This document shows positions 56,801-64,000 of a stretch of DNA of 64,000 bases, piece after piece (positions within the stretch are counted from its first letter, which is position 1; each line of letters opens with the position of its first letter). Both the position numbers and the translations under genes were made by a program. Origin of the DNA: Auanema rhodensis (taxonomy: Eukaryota; Animalia; Nematoda); the NCBI GenBank assembly GCA_964057225.1, contig OZ059900.1:1674001-1738000 (forward strand), read 5' to 3'. A model generated the notes under the pieces. It was not told the DNA's origin. It worked only from the letters and a program-made list of their open reading frames with translations, and did not search any database.

Positions 56801-59800
56801 CACCGATTTTTGGTACAAAATCTGTAATACTCGTAAAATTTGATCATATTTGTTAAGATTTGAGAATCAAACACACAATACACAAAATCAGTCTATTTTT
56901 ATGAGTTTACACTGATATATATTCATTTTCATCAAAAAAGGTCGAAAATAGAAAGAATTTTTGAATTTTCCGAGTTTTGAGTCGAATTGGGCTAAATCGC
57001 TCATATATATGATCAAAAGCATAGTTTTACTGTCTATGATAACAAAAGTCTTCAAATATACACTAATAATGATTAAATCACTGAATTTCACTCAAATAGC
57101 ATTACTACACTAAGTATGGTCGTTTTTATGCCTTTAACACCATATACTCACCGATTTTTGGTACAAAATCTGTAATACTCGTAAATTTCGATCATATTCG
57201 TTAAGATTCGAGAATCAAACACACAATACACGAAATAAGTTTATTTTGACGAATTTGCACTGATATTTATTCATTTTGATCAAAAAAGGTCGAAAATAGA
57301 AAGAATTTTTTAATTTTCCGAGTTTTGAGTCCAATTGGGCTAAATCGCTCATATATATGATCAAAAGCATAGTTTCACTGTCTATGATAACAAAAGTCTT
57401 CAAATATACACTAGTAATGATTAAATCACTGAATTTCACTCAAATAGCATTACTACACTAAGTATGGTCGTTTTTATGCCTTTAACACCATATACTCACC
57501 GATTTTTGGTACAAAATCTGTAATACTTGTAAATTTTGATCATATTTGTTAAGATTCGAGAATCAAACACATAATACACGAAATAAGTCTATTTTTACAA
57601 GTTTGCACTGATATTTATTCATTTTGATCAAAAAAAGGTCGAAAATAGAAAAATTTTTTGAAATTTCCGAGTTTTGAGTCCAATTTGGCTAAATCGCTCA
57701 TATATAAGATCAAAAGCATAGTTTTATTGTCTATAACAACAAAAGTCATCAATTAAACGCTAGTGATATTTAAATACTGATTTTCGCTCAAGTAGCATTA
57801 CTACACTAAGTATGGTCGTTTTTATGCCTTTAACACCATATACTCACCGATTTTTGGTACAAAATCTGTAATACTTGTAAATTTTGATCATATTCGTTAA
57901 GATTTGAGAATCGAACATACAATACACAAAATCAGTCTATTTTTATGAGCTTGCACTGATATATATTCATTTTGATCAAAAAAGGTCGAAAATAGAAAGA
58001 ATTTTTGAAATTTCCGAGTTTTGAGTCTAATTTGGCTAAATCGCTCATATATATGATCAGAAGCATAGTTTTAATGTCTATGACAACAAAAATCATCAAT
58101 TAAACGCTAGTGATATTTAAATACTGATTTTCGCTCAAGTAGCATTACTACACTAAGTATGGTCGTTTTTATGCCTTTAACACCATATACTCACCGATTT
58201 TTGGTACAAAATCTGTAATACTTGTAAATTTTGATCATATTCGTTAAGATTTGAGAATCGAACATACAATACACAAAATCAGTCTATTTTTATGAGCTTG
58301 CACTGATATATATTCATTTTGATCAAAAAAGGTCGAAAATAGAAAGAATTTTTGAATTTTCCGAGTTTTGAGTCGAATTTGGCTAAATCGCTCATATATA
58401 AGATCAAAAGCATAGTTTTATTGTCTATAACAACAAAAGTCATCAATTAAACGCTAGTGATATTTAAATACTGATTTTCGCTCAAGTAGCATTACTACAC
58501 TAAGTATGGTCGTTTTTATGCCTTTAACACCATATACTCACCGATTTTTGGTACAAAATCTGTAATACTTGTAAATTTTGATCATATTCGTTAAGATTTG
58601 AGAATCGAACATACAATACACAAAATCAGTCTATTTTTATGAGCTTGCACTGATATATATTCATTTTGATCAAAAAAGGTCGAAAATAGAAAGAATTTTT
58701 GAAATTTCCGAGTTTTGAGTCTAATTTGGCTAAATCGCTCATATATATGATCAGAAGCATAGTTTTAATGTCTATGACAACAAAAATCATCAATTAAACG
58801 CTAGTGATATTTAAATACTGATTTTCGCTCAAGTAGCATTACTACACTAAGTATGGTCGTTTTTATGCCTTTAACACCATATACTCACCGATTTTTGGTA
58901 CAAAATCTGTAATACTTGTAAATTTTGATCATATTCGTTAAGATTTGAGAATCGAACATACAATACACAAAATCAGTCTATTTTTATGAGCTTGCACTGA
59001 TATATATTCATTTTGATCAAAAAAGGTCGAAAATAGAAAGAATTTTTGAATTTTCCGAGTTTTGAGTCGAATTGGGCTAAATCGCTCATATATATGATCA
59101 AAAGCATAGTTTTACTGTCTATGATAACAAAAGTCTTCAAATATACACTAATAATGATTAAATCACTGAATTTCACTCAAATAGCATTACTACACTAAGT
59201 ATGGTCGTTTTTATGCCTTTAACACCATATACTCACCGATTTTTGGTACAAAATCTGTAATACTCGTAAATTTCGATCATATTCGTTAAGATTCGAGAAT
59301 CAAACACACAATACACGAAATAAGTTTATTTTGACGAATTTGCACTGATATTTATTCATTTTGATCAAAAAAGGTCGAAAATAGAAAGAATTTTTTAATT
59401 TTCCGAGTTTTGAGTCCAATTGGGCTAAATCGCTCATATATATGATCAAAAGCATAGTTTCACTGTCTATGATAACAAAAGTCTTCAAATATACACTAGT
59501 AATGATTAAATCACTGAATTTCACTCAAATAGCATTACTACACTAAGTATGGTCGTTTTTATGCCTTTAACACCATATACTCACCGATTTTTGGTACAAA
59601 ATCTGTGATACTCGTAAATTTTGATCATATTCGTTAAGATTTGAGAATCAAACATACAATACACAAAATCAGTCTATTTTTATGAGCTTGCACTGATATA
59701 TATTCATTTTGATCAAAAAAGGTCGAAAATAGAATGAATTTTTGAAATTTCCGAGTTTTGAGTCTAATTTGGCTAAATCGCTCATATATATGATCAAAAG

Positions 59801-62800
59801 CATAGTTTTACTGTCTATGATAACAAAAGTCTTCAAATATACACTAATAATGATTAAATCACTGATTTTCAGTCAAATAGCATTACTACACTAAGTATGG
59901 TCGTTTTTATGCCTTTAACACCATATACTCACCGATTTTTGGTACAAAATCTGTAATACTTGTAAATTTTGATCATATTTGTTAAGATTCGAGAATCAAA
60001 CACATAATACACGAAATAAGTCTATTTTTACAAGTTTGCACTGATATTTATTCATTTTGATCAAAAAAGGTCGAAAATAGAAAAAATTTTTGAAATTTCC
60101 GAGTTTTGAGTCCAATTTGGCTAAATCGCTCATATATAAGATCAAAAGCATAGTTTTATTGTCTATAACAACAAAAGTCATCAATTAAACGCTAGTGATA
60201 TTTAAATACTGATTTTCGCTCAAGTAGCATTACTACACTAAGTATGGTCGTTTTCATGCCTTTAACACCATATACTCACCGATTTTTGGTACAAAATCTG
60301 TAATACTTGTAAATTTTGATCATATTCGTTAAGATTTGAGAATCGAACATACAATACACAAAATCAGTCTATTTTTATGAGCTTGCACTGATATATATTC
60401 ATTTTGATCAAAAAAGGTCGAAAATAGAAAGAATTTTTGAAATTTCCGAGTTTTGAGTCTAATTTGGCTAAATCGCTCATATATATGATCAGAAGCATAG
60501 TTTTAATGTCTATGACAACAAAAATCATCAATTAAACGCTAGTGATATTTAAATACTGATTTTCGCTCAAATAGCATTACTACACTAAGTATGGTCGTTT
60601 TTATGCTTTTAACACCATATACTCACCGATTTTTGGTACAAAATCTGTAATACTCGTAAAATTTGATCATATTTGTTAAGATTTGAGAATCAAACACACA
60701 ATACACAAAATCAGTCTATTTTTATGAGTTTACACTGATATATATTCATTTTCATCAAAAAAGGTCGAAAATAGAAAGAATTTTTGAATTTTCCGAGTTT
60801 TGAGTCGAATTGGGCTAAATCGCTCATATATATGATCAAAAGCATAGTTTTACTGTCTATGATAACAAAAGTCTTCAAATATACACTAATAATGATTAAA
60901 TCACTGAATTTCACTCAAATAGCATTACTACACTAAGTATGGTCGTTTTTATGCCTTTAACACCATATACTCACCGATTTTTGGTACAAAATCTGTAATA
61001 CTCGTAAATTTCGATCATATTCGTTAAGATTCGAGAATCAAACACACAATACACGAAATAAGTTTATTTTGACGAATTTGCACTGATATTTATTCATTTT
61101 GATCAAAAAAGGTCGAAAATAGAAAGAATTTTTTAATTTTCCGAGTTTTGAGTCCAATTGGGCTAAATCGCTCATATATATGATCAAAAGCATAGTTTCA
61201 CTGTCTATGATAACAAAAGTCTTCAAATATACACTAGTAATGATTAAATCACTGAATTTCACTCAAATAGCATTACTACACTAAGTATGGTCGTTTTTAT
61301 GCCTTTAACACCATATACTCACCGATTTTTGGTACAAAATCTGTAATACTTGTAAATTTTGATCATATTTGTTAAGATTCGAGAATCAAACACATAATAC
61401 ACGAAATAAGTTTATTTTTACAAGTTTGCACTGATATTTATTCATTTTGATCAAAAAAAGGTCGAAAATAGAAAAATTTTTTGAAATTTCCGAGTTTTGA
61501 GTCCAATTTGGCTAAATCGCTCATATATAAGATCAAAAGCATAGTTTTATTGTCTATAACAACAAAAGTCATCAATTAAACGCTAGTGATATTTAAATAC
61601 TGATTTTCGCTCAAGTAGCATTACTACACTAAGTATGGTCGTTTTTATGCCTTTAACACCATATACTCACCGATTTTTGGTACAAAATCTGTAATACTTG
61701 TAAATTTTGATCATATTCGTTAAGATTTGAGAATCGAACATACAATACACAAAATCAGTCTATTTTTATGAGCTTGCACTGATATATATTCATTTTGATC
61801 AAAAAAGGTCGAAAATAGAAAGAATTTTTGAAATTTCCGAGTTTTGAGTCTAATTTGGCTAAATCGCTCATATATATGATCAGAAGCATAGTTTTAATGT
61901 CTATGACAACAAAAATCATCAATTAAACGCTAGTGTTGTTTAAATACTGATTTTCGCTCAAATAGCATTACTACACTAAGTATGGTCGTTTTTATGCCTT
62001 TAACACCATATACTCACCGATTTTTGGTACAAAATCTGTAATACTCGTAAAATTTGATCATATTTGTTAAGATTTGAGAATCAAACACACAATACACAAA
62101 ATCAGTCTATTTTTATGAGTTTACACTGATATATATTCATTTTCATCAAAAAAGGTCGAAAATAGAAAGAATTTTTGAATTTTCCGAGTTTTGAGTCGAA
62201 TTGGGCTAAATCGCTCATATATATGATCAAAAGCATAGTTTTACTGTCTATGATAACAAAAGTCTTCAAATATACACTAATAATGATTAAATCACTGAAT
62301 TTCACTCAAATAGCATTACTACACTAAGTATGGTCGTTTTTATGCCTTTAACACCATATACTCACCGATTTTTGGTACAAAATCTGTAATACTTGTAAAT
62401 TTTGATCATATTTGTTAAGATTCGAGAATCAAACACATAATACACAAAATAAGTCTATTTTTACAAGTTTGCACTGATATTTATTCATTTTGATCAAAAA
62501 AGGTCGAAAATAGAAAGAATTTTTAAAATTTCCGAGTTTTGAGTCCAATTTGGCTAAATCGCTCATATATATGATCAAAAGCATAGTTTTATTGTCTATA
62601 ACAACAAAAGTCATCAATTAAACGCTAGTGATGTTTAAATACTGAATTTCGCTCAAATAGCATTACTACACTAAGTATGGTCGTTTTTATGCCTTTAACA
62701 CCATATACTCACCGATTTTTGGTACAAAATCTGTAATACTCGTAAATTTTGATCATATTCGTTAAGATTTGAGAATCAAACATACAATACACAAAATCAG

Positions 62801-64000
62801 TCTATTTTTATGAGCTTGCACTGATATATATTCATTTTGATCAAAAAAGGTCGAAAATAGAAAGAATTTTTGAAATTTCCGAGTTTTGAGTCTAATTTGG
62901 CTAAATCGCTCATATATATGATCAAAAGCATAGTTTTATTGTCTATGACAACAAAAGTCATCAATTAAATGCTAGTGATGTTTAAATACTGAATTTCGCT
63001 CAAATAGCATTACTACACTAAGTATGGTCGTTTTTATGCCTTTAACACCATATACTCACCGATTTTTGGTACAAAATCTGTAATACTCGTAAATTTTGAT
63101 CATATTCGGTGAGATTCGAGAATCAAACACACAATACACGAAATAAGTTTATTTTGACGAGTTTGCACTGGTATTTATTCATTTTGATCAAAAAAGGTCG
63201 AAAATAGAAAGAATTTTTGAATTTTCCGAGTTTTGAGTCCAATTGGGCTAAATCGCTCATATATATGATCAAAAGCATAGTTTTACTGTCTATGATAACA
63301 AAAGTCTTCAAATATACACTAATAATGATTAAATCACTGAATTTCACTCAAATAGCATTACTACACTAAGTATGGTCGTTTTTATGCCTTTAACACCATA
63401 TACTCACCGATTTTTGGTACAAAATCTGTAATACTTGTAAATTTTGATCATATTTGTTAAGATTCGAGAATCAAACACATAATACACAAAATAAGTCTAT
63501 TTTTACAAGTTTGCACTGATATTTATTCATTTTGATCAAAAAAGGTCGAAAATAGAAAGAATTTTTAAAATTTCCGAGTTTTGAGTCCAATTTGGCTAAA
63601 TCGCTCATATATATGATCAAAAGCATAGTTTTATTGTCTATAACAACAAAAGTCATCAATTAAACGCTAGTGATGTTTAAATACTGAATTTCGCTCAAAT
63701 AGCATTACTACACTAAGTATGGTCGTTTTTATGCCTTTAACACCATATACTCACCGATTTTTGGTACAAAATCTGTAATACTCGTAAATTTTGATCATAT
63801 TCGTTAAGATTTGAGAATCAAACATACAATACACAAAATCAGTCTATTTTTATGAGCTTGCACTGATATATATTCATTTTGATCAAAAAAGGTCGAAAAT
63901 AGAAAGAATTTTTGAAATTTCCGAGTTTTGAGTCTAATTTGGCTAAATCGCTCATATATATGATCAAAAGCATAGTTTTATTGTCTATGACAACAAAAGT
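44845..64000. repeat. Same 347/348-bp satellite, about 55 copies (right of the mariner); continues off the window's right edge
   Basis: The monomer resumes exactly in register after the element (TA|TGATCAAAAGCATAG) and continues to the end of the window. Confidence 0.99.
55800..62000. repeat. Duplication with an 11-monomer period (3823 bp)
   Basis: 56173 to 59996, 56888 to 60711 and 57215 to 61038 are all 3823 bp. Shared variant TTTTGACGAATTTG. Boundaries are approximate. Confidence 0.78.

Noticed and set aside
308-63659. More than 100 near-identical 60-101 aa minus-strand ORFs (MMTFVVIDNK..., MKFSDL...) as a tandem gene family
   Set aside because: They are translations of the satellite monomer. 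Most use non-ATG starts, many monomers carry stops or frameshifts, the composition simply reflects AT-rich codons, and no domain is recognisable.
1-64000. CRISPR array or diversity-generating cassette (conserved box plus variable segments)
   Set aside because: The variable parts are homologous alleles differing by SNPs, not unique spacers. The unit is 347 bp, and there are no cas, recombinase or reverse transcriptase genes.
1-64000. Naming the host species or a known satellite family
   Set aside because: I do not recognise the monomer, and cecropia-like mariners are spread across many animal phyla. A database search is needed.

Overview
The window is almost entirely one uninterrupted head-to-tail, AT-rich eukaryotic satellite array. 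GC is about 30% in the one monomer counted by hand. It holds about 180 monomers of 347/348 bp, all in the same orientation. The monomers are mosaics of a few exchangeable haplotype blocks and form shifting higher-order repeats (HORs): 14-mer at about 10-19 kb, 11-mer at about 20-34 kb and again at 55-61 kb, 7-mer (2433 bp) at about 34-54 kb, plus local 2-mer and 3-mer duplications. This organisation is typical of centromeric or pericentromeric heterochromatin. Only two places are not satellite. (1) A full-length 1275-bp DD34D mariner (Hsmar1/cecropia-like) at 43570-44844 has perfect 28-bp TIRs and a TA target-site duplication, and sits in a single 7-mer copy. Its transposase is open except for a +1 frameshift in a T8 run near the start. 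(2) A 23-bp net insertion with an 18-bp duplication at 12933-12972 looks like a double-strand-break repair scar. The many short ORFs in the track are artefacts of the repeat. I found no convincing new multi-gene system. The best speculative leads are a near-invariant ~70-bp box with snRNA/SL-RNA-like motifs, nested inverted repeats with apparent covariation, and CpG-focused variation.
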